Origin: Candidatus Zhuqueibacterota bacterium
GTDB lineage: Bacteria > Zhuqueibacterota > Zhuqueibacteria > Residuimicrobiales > Krinioviventaceae
Direction of reading: 5' to 3'
Length of the DNA: 64,000 bases
Assembly: GCA_034505495.1 (NCBI GenBank)
Contig: JAPDQV010000001.1
Span: 145,892-209,891, forward strand
Both the position numbers and the translations under genes were made by a program. The notes under the pieces were generated by a model. It saw only the letters and a program-made list of their open reading frames with translations, made no database searches and was not told the DNA's origin. Positions 9,001 to 16,141 of the stretch are shown here, in pieces (within the stretch, counting starts at the first letter, position 1; each line of letters starts with the position of its first letter).

Positions 9001-11167
9001 GCAGGCAAGGGCTTTGACTTTTTTAGGGCGCTGCCGCTTTGGAGTTGACGCAAATAAAGCACGACAATCCTTGCAATCGGCTTTAAAGCTTGCTGAGAAA
9101 GGGGGATTCAAGCGCCTTGCGGCGGAAATTCGCTTGTCGATGGCGGAGCTGCATCTCAGGACCTTCGAACCCATGGCTGCCGAGCGATTTCTTGTCCAAA
9201 TCGAGGTCGCCGAGCTGGATCCGGCTCTCAAAATAGCGCACCATCTGCTTATTGCACGACAAGCGAGAGCGGTAGGCGATACTGCGAAAGCTGCAGCTCT
9301 TTTGCGCAAAGCTTTTCTCGAGGCGGAATGGTCGGATGATGCGGATTTGGAACAACGGGTAGGCGAAGCTGTTGCCGTTCATGCCGCGTTATCCGGCAAA
9401 GCGGCTAAGGCGGCAGAAGAGATGAAACGATCCGTTCGCCTTGAAAGCCGCCCCTTCAACCGTTCGGCAATACGCCGACGTACAGCCTTGGCTTTATTCT
9501 TATATCTGGCAGGAAAAACCGAAGAGGCGAAGAGCGAGGCTAAAGAAAATATCGGTGCTTGCGATCGTCCCTATTTATATGATTTTCGCTCTGCCAATAA
9601 CTGGCTGCTGAGCTGTCTCGAAGAGGATGCGGCGCTTTCCAGGCAATTTGCAGAAGCAGCGGCATCTGCAGCGCAACGCATCGGTCGCTCGGATCTCCTC
9701 TTTCGCGCCTATTATCGCTTGGCACAACTAGCGGAAGAAGATGATAGGGCTCATTTCTATTTAGTCGCAGCCGACTCGGCGCTCAGCCTTGCCCCGCCGC
9801 AAAGCGAGTACGACGATTATTTCCTAGGGCTGCTGCCGCTGGAGCGACGGTTTTATCAAACCGCGGTCAAACTATGTGTGCGCAGCAATCGGTTGCACGA
9901 TGCGCTTGTTTTCGCTGATCAGCACCGAAATATCGATTTTATTCACGCCGCAAGGCTGCGGCTTTTTTCCTTCAAGGCTGACGACCGGCAGCAGGCCGAG
10001 CACTATTTCCGGATCAAAGAGCGATTATCAAGACTCTACTCAAGCGCAATGTTTCAATGCGACCCGCGTTCCATCTTTGCCGCAAAAGATTCCCTAATCG
10101 TGAAACGGCAAATCTCTGCCCTGCAGGACTCTCTGAGGTCGCTTAAAGAAACCTGCCGTTTTCAAGATCCTCAATTGGGTCCGCTGCTTTTCGGGTTGAG
10201 CGGCTGCCGTGAGGCAAGCCCGCTCGCCGATGGTCGGCTGCTGATCTCGCTTTACCATGATGATGAAACCCTCTACATTTGGCGGCGCCGCGAGGATCGC
10301 CTCGACGTAGACCTGCAGCCCTATGACGCGGTGCAGACAAAGAATGTCCTAAAAACGCTGCAGCAACTAGACCTCAACGCCGATGCCGGAGATTTTACCC
10401 GTCTTCTTTATGCAACGGTGTTCGAACCTTGGCAGCAGGACGTCGAACAAGCGCGCAGAATCGTTATCGTTCCCTATTCCCAATGGCACTATGTGCCGTG
10501 GGCTATGTTGAATGACAAGAGCGGTACCTTCCTCGGCCTCGAGAAACCAATTTCACTCGCGGCATGGTCGTTCGAAGCGGAAAAAAAGGAATCCTTAACA
10601 GCTGCCTGGAATTCAAAACGGCTTATTCTGGTTGGAAAACCACCCTCGTCGCAACAAGATCCCTTTTATAAGCCCCTTGCCCGAGCCTTGGAACGGTATG
10701 CTGAAGAGTCAATTGTGCTTTTGCCGGATCGACTCCAGACCGCTTCACTTGGCGGATCGGTACTTGTTGCTGAGAGTTTGGATGAGAATTCACAGGAAGC
10801 CTGGCTTTATCAGCCGGAAAGCGAGTCAGGTTATCGCAATATGGCCTGGCCGGATTGGATGCAGCAGAGCGAACCGCCCTATGCCGTCGTTTTTTTGCGG
10901 ACCCGTAATTCGGAGCCGCAAGAAGGCACCGAAACGGCCGTTGCAGGCGCTGTCGCTTCATATCTCGGCTCCGCGCTGCTTCTGCCCTTGCCGTTAAACG
11001 CCGATGCGTTTGCTGCCGCCATTTTGGTCAAGCGTTACGTAAAGATGCTCAGCGAAGGACTTTCCCCTTCGGAAGCCCTCAATTCGGCACAACGAGCCGT
11101 TTACGACCGGCTTGATCGTCGTCCGAAAGCTTGGGGCTGTTTTGTTCTCTATGATGTTGGTCGATAA
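3005..11167 (+). CDS. giant (about 2720 aa) secreted PD40 beta-propeller / TPR / CHAT-domain protein with two CHAT (caspase-like) domains
   Basis: In-frame ATG at 3005 overlapping upstream stop (TGA 3006-3008); signal peptide MMQRFTVIFIFTFLLSGAVWS; N-terminal TolB-like PD40 repeats (YHPVWDKKNRYLIFVS, THPAWSPKQSYLAFTS, DGFPTWSPDAKTILF); long TPR-rich middle; CHAT signatures (see domain features). Confidence 0.8.
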   Translation: MMQRFTVIFIFTFLLSGAVWSEQTNGGAKGPVEEVYQVTSHPEADLAPRVSTDGKWLAYVNRQSGNYDIYIKNLQTGRSRRLTDHEADDYHPVWDKKNRYLIFVSQRSDAKGDLFRLNLRNVRGELIAKGKPERLTTYMGFDGLPTISEYDEHIAWVSDRTGRPEIWLMTKRGQAIRQLTHGGATHPAWSPKQSYLAFTSFRQDGSNGDIWLINLYAPREWIEVRTPLDSLERPMWPVTRGEAADGFPTWSPDAKTILFCRSDHDDNGDGLITPSDRSVIWAVDVSHLPQDHPSSLNPSYRLYRETFDERIVHRACPIVSAKYNAAQPEYGMDGRIYFSSEIKGNFDIFSLPDSLLHGHPPSIDDMPPLPNGLAAKDLSIFIDEPPVWNERQRRQLYDRIYTLQRIMDSPQADAEQIAGAAYEIAVCSLLLGDSLRCVRHLDFILADYPASEAAPFAELLRTRVSEVRKENEAQKLRLLEQEILRLQAGAAPSRRFAAESELLLGALYERQERFEDAEKAYRRETEKAQAFPDLVGEALLRLGRLQKTEGKYGDAMASFLSAMKNGGKPEKHAQARSELLEMFTLGAADDATLLSRYKMVIRRFFALDVFVIEPFLRIAELHVRNGRLQEALDLYDFLQAQFADLTDEAFDIRLGRAQVLYRLGDLQQAATLLSETAALYRQNRPKLAKQAETQLTDMLYHSALDLMTTNQYGQAAARLKKVLEIDPHHLPAHQSYIECAFLLNQIDQVLTEYTEAVRNHPEDNILLYAQGLAYSYKGASIYPNGCETWVTSAEALEQSNQILYKALALDYNLIDAYLLLSFNSELLESFQNRRQREAKSFAQKAFGTITAPLVWLYHTVTFYEETKPPRYYESAIQELTQAMALNDEELYPRREALLALNMANNYYSLGEFGFRKAYEYYHTFLKYDSTFAGMPHEALIKERMGHCAIFVNDQLRGPNYLKRAIELYGKLNNQERLLLNLKRLALLYEVGENHSEALRYYSAAAEMEERLGRYDGLLRSRRSAALHYYALGRYEEAVRSAEEALSMLESGQVPRKKSKPIYLQIGLLDLYAPIPFDLRKVGAKSTIDISTEEEEAFLYTILAKVFIENKDFDRAIEFYQKKFDLYERRHDYDAQAVFQNNMGYLYFLKGDYDNAWRMFTNSYWWCVRTKYVYGQLLNLENAAQVVLTIANEEDPKRKVNFAKYHRWIIGKLTDLLRVTRGDEAFYSAIHARYRLLLADLLIVPYAELPKNLEARWSFLEAVGNAEKHLMEAERLSRQYRLPREECAALYRRAELRLQTGDSTAVSLYLRAKETAEQHQLRDLLRQIYTALGSESMRLSERTDNSLADASFYLQEAVRLTEREAPSNLLLSAVQVRRLIEAPYRRLIQLQAERGDAENALLTAERMRSQVFRQLMRRDRPSLGGETEQRLFHRADSLAEELRRQTEQANRTRTNDAVLAEEIERLQREYEAALTVVRRKAPQLEPFLRPVNISLAELQSRLEPKEGLLTILYLQDQLLFGWITRRNIELYRPNLAASNFRKLLVRLRDGFEADSLDAAAADSIKTAFSILPLQGIKRLYILPEHKDLPFPWSALFHLVDFPTVAGVISDLSAFFPPGKTDRLPSLTILSSDSLLLQALQKRDSLVVSPLPSKASDRIDAAVVHLRGNSLAQPVFPTNSTFSAAWAGKWSPLDLLRGKASLTLLCLDIDKGEWTAEALSAWERAAYFNGTRRLFVSLWPTADSSRTFLQSCFRYLQNNLPSAALDTTQEQMVEKGVPLRFWAGFQIYGVESGSTAEAPMSSDADEWVARGDEARRARNWRHAVECYLEALERTQAEREKNESIAERLLASALSGGLWTEAVDVVRRRASYYSQKNLRREQAAMQRLMAVVYHQQGATAGEAQALAEYRRLCRTFSIPYDDATAFFETAQLYADNGDYEQAALLSIKAAERYGKLNRTRNQIESLLRAAEYLFEETGYVDLAIDLAESAEQLSKNNQQMDLQARALTFLGRCRFGVDANKARQSLQSALKLAEKGGFKRLAAEIRLSMAELHLRTFEPMAAERFLVQIEVAELDPALKIAHHLLIARQARAVGDTAKAAALLRKAFLEAEWSDDADLEQRVGEAVAVHAALSGKAAKAAEEMKRSVRLESRPFNRSAIRRRTALALFLYLAGKTEEAKSEAKENIGACDRPYLYDFRSANNWLLSCLEEDAALSRQFAEAAASAAQRIGRSDLLFRAYYRLAQLAEEDDRAHFYLVAADSALSLAPPQSEYDDYFLGLLPLERRFYQTAVKLCVRSNRLHDALVFADQHRNIDFIHAARLRLFSFKADDRQQAEHYFRIKERLSRLYSSAMFQCDPRSIFAAKDSLIVKRQISALQDSLRSLKETCRFQDPQLGPLLFGLSGCREASPLADGRLLISLYHDDETLYIWRRREDRLDVDLQPYDAVQTKNVLKTLQQLDLNADAGDFTRLLYATVFEPWQQDVEQARRIVIVPYSQWHYVPWAMLNDKSGTFLGLEKPISLAAWSFEAEKKESLTAAWNSKRLILVGKPPSSQQDPFYKPLARALERYAEESIVLLPDRLQTASLGGSVLVAESLDENSQEAWLYQPESESGYRNMAWPDWMQQSEPPYAVVFLRTRNSEPQEGTETAVAGAVASYLGSALLLPLPLNADAFAAAILVKRYVKMLSEGLSPSEALNSAQRAVYDRLDRRPKAWGCFVLYDVGR
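3110..3850 (+). other. PD40/TolB-like beta-propeller repeat region of giant protein
   Basis: Three or more repeats of the W-S-P-D/hydrophobic PD40 pattern separated by about 45 aa, immediately after signal peptide. Confidence 0.6.
7700..8370 (+). other. CHAT domain 1 (apparently catalytically intact caspase-like protease domain)
   Basis: LYILPEHKDLPFPWSALF (substrate-groove motif), AAVVHLRGNS (catalytic His), LTLLCLDIDKGEW (catalytic Cys), C-terminal RRLFVSLWPTAD...RFWAGFQIYGV matching CHAT consensus ...slW.v.D....WA.F.l.G. Confidence 0.65.
10450..11164 (+). other. CHAT domain 2 (degenerate, His and Cys positions substituted)
   Basis: RIVIVPYSQWHYVPWAML ... AWGCFVLYDVGR matches CHAT N- and C-terminal motifs, but the His position reads VLVAESLD and the Cys position reads AVVFLRTRNSEP (no Cys). 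Confidence 0.5.
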
Positions 11168-11193
11168 GTTTTTCGTTCATTTAAGGATTTGCC

Positions 11194-12930
11194 GTGAAAC
11201 CGAGAGTTATTGGCCTGCTTTTGCTGTTTTTCCGACTTGCGGAGGCCCAAACGCCGCTGCTTCAGATAACCTTTCCGGCTCAAAACGATACGGTAAACGG
11301 TAACCGAGTTCGAATTTCCGGATTTACCGAAAGCGGAGCCGTTGTTTCGATCAATGGCAAAAAAGTACCGTTAACACCTCAGGCTTCTTTTGTTGCCCGC
11401 GTTGATTTGTCTGAAGGATTGAACACAATTCTCGTCGAAGCACAAAAAAACGGAGCCGTATCCGTTCAGAACCTGTCGGTTTATCGTCCGCCGTCGACCA
11501 AGTCCCTGCCTGAAAAGCCCACGGCGATCGACTTGGACGGGTGTGCGCCGCGCCGCGATGTTTGGCTAAGCGTCGGTGATTATCTCGATGTTCAGCTTAA
11601 AGGCAGCCCTAACGGTGTTGCCGCCTTTTCGATCGACCGCTATCTCAAGCACCTGCCGATGGTAGAAATCGATACCGCTTTGACTGACGGAATTTTCGGC
11701 ATATATCGCGGAGCAATCCGTATTAGTTCCGATCTCCCTATTGATAAACCGCTGGCCATCGAGGGCGAGCTGCTGGGAGCCGACGGGCGCAAAAAAAAGC
11801 TGGTGATCGGACGCTTGTTCGTGCTTTCGCCGCATGTGCCGCTGATCGGCCGGACCAAGCAAACGGTGACTGTTCACAGCGCTGCGGAGGGGTATGTTCC
11901 TTGGTTGCGTCTTCCGGCCGGAATCGATTTGCACATCGTCGGCAAGCGGAATAACCGCTATCAAGTTCGTTTTTCAGCAACGAAGCAAGGTTATATCGAA
12001 GAGGATGGAATCGAGTTGTTGCCGGCGGGTACGCCCCTGCCGTCTTTAGCTGTCGGCGCTCCAAACTTGGTTCAGGATAAAAATTGGATCCGGCTGATTT
12101 ATCCGGCCGACCGGCTGCCGGCCTTTTGGATCGATCAAGATCCTGTCCTTAATCGTCTCGACTTGTATCTCTTCGGAGCTCGGCAGGCTTCGCACTGGGT
12201 GACGTTTCCCAACGGAGAAAGCGACCTTGCTGCGCTGGTCTTTGGACAGGAAGACAATGCATTTCGAACTACGGTCGTTTTGCGGACCAAAAGGGTATGG
12301 GGATATAAAGCAGAGTATCGCGACGGCGCCGTCGTTTTTTCCATACGCAGGCCGCCGGTAATCAATTCGCAGAATCCGCTGCAGGGGTTGGTGATCGCCG
12401 TCGACGCCGGACACGGCGGTCAGGATCGAGGCGCCGTGAGCCCCCTCGGCAGATTGGAAAAAGAGATCAACCTTATGTGGGCCGAAAGCCTTGCCGCCAA
12501 ACTGAGGAGCAACGGCGCAACCGTGGTCATGACGCGACGGGAAGACATCGAGGTCTCTTTGGCAGAACGCATACGTCTGGCCGAGGAAGCCGAGGCTCAT
12601 ATCTTTCTTTCCCTGCACAACAACAGCGTGCCGGCGACCGGCAATCCGGCTGCCGAGGGCACGAGCGTTTATTTCACCACGCCGCAAAGTCGTGACCTGG
12701 CCTGGGCTCTTTATCCTTACCTGGTCAAACTGGGTCTGGCGCCCTTTGGCCGCGTCTATAATGCCTACTATGTAACGCAATCAACGGCGTTTTTGAGTGT
12801 GCTCATCGAAGGAGGATTTCTCAGTAACCCAAAAGAGGAACTCAAGCTGGCGGATCCTGTTTTTATCGACAGGTTATCGCAGGCAATTTGTGAGGGATTA
12901 GCGGATTTTTTGTCGACTGGAGAAAAATGA
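11194..12930 (+). CDS. N-acetylmuramoyl-L-alanine amidase (Amidase_3, AmiC-like) with N-terminal Ig-like/unknown domains
   Basis: GTG start; signal peptide; C-terminal Amidase_3 motifs VIAVDAGHGGQDRGA ... SLHNNS ... EGGFLSN; 26 nt downstream of giant CHAT gene. Confidence 0.85.
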   Translation: MKPRVIGLLLLFFRLAEAQTPLLQITFPAQNDTVNGNRVRISGFTESGAVVSINGKKVPLTPQASFVARVDLSEGLNTILVEAQKNGAVSVQNLSVYRPPSTKSLPEKPTAIDLDGCAPRRDVWLSVGDYLDVQLKGSPNGVAAFSIDRYLKHLPMVEIDTALTDGIFGIYRGAIRISSDLPIDKPLAIEGELLGADGRKKKLVIGRLFVLSPHVPLIGRTKQTVTVHSAAEGYVPWLRLPAGIDLHIVGKRNNRYQVRFSATKQGYIEEDGIELLPAGTPLPSLAVGAPNLVQDKNWIRLIYPADRLPAFWIDQDPVLNRLDLYLFGARQASHWVTFPNGESDLAALVFGQEDNAFRTTVVLRTKRVWGYKAEYRDGAVVFSIRRPPVINSQNPLQGLVIAVDAGHGGQDRGAVSPLGRLEKEINLMWAESLAAKLRSNGATVVMTRREDIEVSLAERIRLAEEAEAHIFLSLHNNSVPATGNPAAEGTSVYFTTPQSRDLAWALYPYLVKLGLAPFGRVYNAYYVTQSTAFLSVLIEGGFLSNPKEELKLADPVFIDRLSQAICEGLADFLSTGEK

Positions 12931-12937
12931 GGGTCGA

Positions 12938-13651
12938 TTAGTCCTTTGGACGCGGTTCTCCTAAACGCACTTCCAATGCGGCAATAATGATGTCCGTAAT
13001 TTGTTCATTGTTCAAGTATTCGACATTGATCACCAGATCATAATTTTGCGGATCGCTGATGTCGGCGTGATAATAGGTGCGAACGAATTCCGCCCGTTGG
13101 CGGTCGACGGCCTCTACTTTTTTCAAAGCTTCTTTGAACGGAATTCCCTCCTTTTCGGCGTACCGTCGCGCCCGCTCGTGAAGGTTGCCGATGACGCGTA
13201 CATGCAGCCCGTTGGCTTTGTCGGTGACAAAATTAGCTCCTCTGCCGATGATGACAGCCTTGCCTTTCCGACTGATGGACAATATGACTTGAACCAAATG
13301 CCGGTAATATTTGTCGGAAGAATAGCTTCCTGGGCTAAATAAAAGCTGCGTCAGTTTGGAGGAGTGCTTCCGCTCGTCGAATTCCGAGATTACCTTTTCT
13401 CTCAGCTTGGCTTTTTTTGCAATGTGTTCAATGATGTTGCTGCCGTAAAGCTCCCAACCGAGCTTTTGTGCCAAGAGCTGACCGATCGCAAAGCCGCGCG
13501 CTCCAAATTGACGAGATATGGTAACGTGGGCCGTCTCCCATTTGCTTGTCTTTTTTCCGGGAGCCTCTTCTTCCAGATGTTTCTCCTCCCAAAGGCGCAT
13601 TTGAAAATCGGACGGCTCTTCCCATTGAACAGGTTCGTGAGTCACGGGCAT
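12938..13651 (-). CDS. cytidylate kinase-like family protein (Cytidylate_kin2-type)
   Basis: TISRQFGARGFAIGQLLAQKLGWELYGSNII P-loop-like NMP-kinase motif typical of the cytidylate kinase-like family. Confidence 0.5.
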   Translation of the reverse strand: MPVTHEPVQWEEPSDFQMRLWEEKHLEEEAPGKKTSKWETAHVTISRQFGARGFAIGQLLAQKLGWELYGSNIIEHIAKKAKLREKVISEFDERKHSSKLTQLLFSPGSYSSDKYYRHLVQVILSISRKGKAVIIGRGANFVTDKANGLHVRVIGNLHERARRYAEKEGIPFKEALKKVEAVDRQRAEFVRTYYHADISDPQNYDLVINVEYLNNEQITDIIIAALEVRLGEPRPKD

Positions 13652-13677
13652 GCTCTACCTCACTGGGTGTTGTTGAA

Positions 13678-14115
13678 TCAACCTTTGAAAATCGTAATTC
13701 TGACACGCGAAGAGCCCGGTAAAAGAATGGGAATGTTGACACCCGATTGCACTTTGAAGGGATTGGGAAACGGTTCGAGAAGTTCGGGATATTGCCAAAA
13801 ACCGGGCTCAAAGTGCGACTGATTGTTTTCTCCCGGGCTTCCGCCCTTAATGGCTGTTATGATTTCCTGTTGCTGCCAGTCTTTGATTTCCAACACGACT
13901 ACATAATCGCCGGGTTCAACGTACTGTTTGTCCTCATTTTTCCCGTCCCAATAAAATACATATTTTCCGCCGTCAATTAAATAATCATCGATCAATAGAA
14001 TTACTTTTTGCGCCGATACCGGATTTTTGCACGACACCAAAAGGCAAAAAACCGGCCAGATCAGAACGCGTAAGAGTGTTCGGGACGGCTTTATTCCGAT
14101 GTCTTTGCGAGCCAT
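13678..14115 (-). CDS. lipoprotein with FlgD Ig-like / T9SS-like C-terminal domain
   Basis: Lipoprotein signal ...VFCLLVSC; YVFYWDGKNEDKQYVEPGDYVVVLEI followed by PFPNPFK...RVRITIF; start overlaps 3' end of S9 peptidase gene. Confidence 0.45.
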   Translation of the reverse strand: MARKDIGIKPSRTLLRVLIWPVFCLLVSCKNPVSAQKVILLIDDYLIDGGKYVFYWDGKNEDKQYVEPGDYVVVLEIKDWQQQEIITAIKGGSPGENNQSHFEPGFWQYPELLEPFPNPFKVQSGVNIPILLPGSSRVRITIFKG

Positions 14116-16136
14116 TTTTCCAACCAGGCAAATACTTCGTTCCACCACAACCGGGCGTTTTGCGGTTTGGTCACAAAATGCGTCTCATCAGGAAAACAAA
14201 TCAGTTTGGACGGCACGCCGTACCTCTGCAGGGCGGTGAACATTTGCAGGCCCTGCGTCACCGGAACACGAAAGTCGAGTTCTCCATGGATGACCAGCGT
14301 CGGCGTTCGAAACTTGTTCAGGTTCGCCGCATAGGTAGAAGGCGACCAGCGCCGGTAAAGATCGGGATTTTCGTATGGGATACCGCCGAACTCCCATTCC
14401 GGAAACCACAGCTCATCGGTGGCGCCGTATTTGCTGACGAGATCAAAAACACCCGCATGGCTGACCAAAGCTTTGAAGCGGTCGGTCTGTGTAGCGATCC
14501 AATTAATCATGTAGCCGCCGTAGCTTGCTCCCGCCGCGGCAATGCGCTCCTTATCGATAAAGCTGTAACGCTCGACCACATAATCGATGCCCGCCAGAAT
14601 ATCTTGATAAGGCCCGCCGCCCCAATCGCGACTGACGGCGTCGCACCACTCCTGACCGTAGCCTTTGGAACCGCGTATGTTCAAAGCAACCACGACAAAG
14701 CCGCGCGATGCAAATAGTGACGTGTTCCAGCGATAGTGAAAATCATCGCCCCACATTCCCTGCGGCCCCCCGTGGATGAGGCAAAGCAGCGGATATTTTC
14801 GGGAAGTATCGAAAGCCGGCGGCTTTAGTAGGAAGCCGTGAACCGTCTTGCCGTCAAAAGAAGGATAACTCAGATCTTCCAATGGGGTTAAATCCAATTG
14901 ATCGAGCAAAGGCTGATTGGTAAAAGTGAGTTGTGTCGGCGATTTGTTGCGCAGATCATAGCCGAAAATTTCCTCCGGCATAACGGCGGATTGGCGTTTG
15001 AAGAAGAGGCGGCGACCGTTCGGGCTAATTGTTAAATGACGATTGACGTGATCGCCGATGATTTTCGTGATGCGCCCGGATTTCAATTCCAGGCGATAAA
15101 TAGATTCGCGGCCGAAATCCTCGGCGGTAAAAAAGAGGGCCGAGTTATCGGGAGACCAAATCACCTGGCCGACCGAGCGATCGAAAGAATCCGTCAGCGA
15201 TACGCTGCTTCCGGTTCGACGATCATAAAGCATCAGCTCGTACTCGTCGGCTTCGAAGCCTGGGCGCCGCATGGCGCGGTAGGCAAGATAGCGACCGTCG
15301 GGAGAAAAGACCGGCTGATTATCGACCGCTGCGTTGGCGGCCGTCAGATTTTGTTGGATGCCGCTTTCCAAATCGAGTAGAAAGACGTCATTGTTGGTGT
15401 TGACGGCCGGCTCCGCCGTTGCATTGCCGACAAAGGCGATCGTTTTTCCGTCAGGTGAGAAACAAAAGTCGGGATCACCGCCCAAATCAAGCGGCGGCAC
15501 GTCCCAATCGCCCGGCGTGAGATCGCGGAGGTTGGCGCCGTCGGCATTGCAGAGGAACAGATGCGATCGTCTGCCGTCGCGCCAATGATTCCAAGGTCGA
15601 AACAAGAGGCGGTCGGCAATGTGCGCCTTAACAAGCGATTCCTCTCTCACGCGCTCCATTGCCGCGCTTTCTTCTATATTTGCGGCTTTTGGAAAAATTG
15701 AAAGGATCAGCGCCAGATGTTTGCCGTCAGGAGACCAGGCAAAATCCTCAATATCCAAAGGCAGGCGGGTCAACTGCACTGCTTCGCCGCCGGAAAGGGG
15801 CAAAAGGAAGATCTGCCGCGAGCAGTTGCGGGAAGAGAGAAAGGCTACCGCGCTGCCGTCCGGTTTCCAATGCGGCGTACTGCTGCCCGCAGCATGAGTG
15901 GTAAGCTGACGCGTCTCGCCGGTTGCCGTGTCGAGGAGCCAAAGGTCGGTACGGCCGCTGTTTTTTTCCATGTCGTAAGCGGTCATTTCGTAGACCATTC
16001 GGCTGCCGTCCGGGGAAAGTTCGATTCGGCCGATGCGCTTCATTGCCCAAAGGTCTTCAACGGTCATCGGGCGTTTGGCCGGCAGCGAAGCAGCCGAAAG
16101 GCTCACGAGCAGGAAAAAAGATATCAGCATGCGCAT
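14091..16136 (-). CDS. S9 family serine peptidase (prolyl oligopeptidase/acylaminoacyl-peptidase type) with N-terminal PD40 propeller
   Basis: Signal peptide; PD40 repeats; catalytic GASYGGYM (GxSxG) and alpha/beta hydrolase C-terminus. Confidence 0.85.
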   Translation of the reverse strand: MRMLISFFLLVSLSAASLPAKRPMTVEDLWAMKRIGRIELSPDGSRMVYEMTAYDMEKNSGRTDLWLLDTATGETRQLTTHAAGSSTPHWKPDGSAVAFLSSRNCSRQIFLLPLSGGEAVQLTRLPLDIEDFAWSPDGKHLALILSIFPKAANIEESAAMERVREESLVKAHIADRLLFRPWNHWRDGRRSHLFLCNADGANLRDLTPGDWDVPPLDLGGDPDFCFSPDGKTIAFVGNATAEPAVNTNNDVFLLDLESGIQQNLTAANAAVDNQPVFSPDGRYLAYRAMRRPGFEADEYELMLYDRRTGSSVSLTDSFDRSVGQVIWSPDNSALFFTAEDFGRESIYRLELKSGRITKIIGDHVNRHLTISPNGRRLFFKRQSAVMPEEIFGYDLRNKSPTQLTFTNQPLLDQLDLTPLEDLSYPSFDGKTVHGFLLKPPAFDTSRKYPLLCLIHGGPQGMWGDDFHYRWNTSLFASRGFVVVALNIRGSKGYGQEWCDAVSRDWGGGPYQDILAGIDYVVERYSFIDKERIAAAGASYGGYMINWIATQTDRFKALVSHAGVFDLVSKYGATDELWFPEWEFGGIPYENPDLYRRWSPSTYAANLNKFRTPTLVIHGELDFRVPVTQGLQMFTALQRYGVPSKLICFPDETHFVTKPQNARLWWNEVFAWLEKWLAKTSE

Positions 16137-16141
16137 AGATG

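Noticed and set aside
3224-10961. Many 60-240-aa ORFs antisense or out-of-frame inside the giant gene (e.g. 3224-3943 -, 6008-6619 -, 8181-8648 -)
   Set aside because: These are shadow ORFs typical of high-GC coding sequence. They have no motifs or start contexts, and the sense frame has strong domain content.
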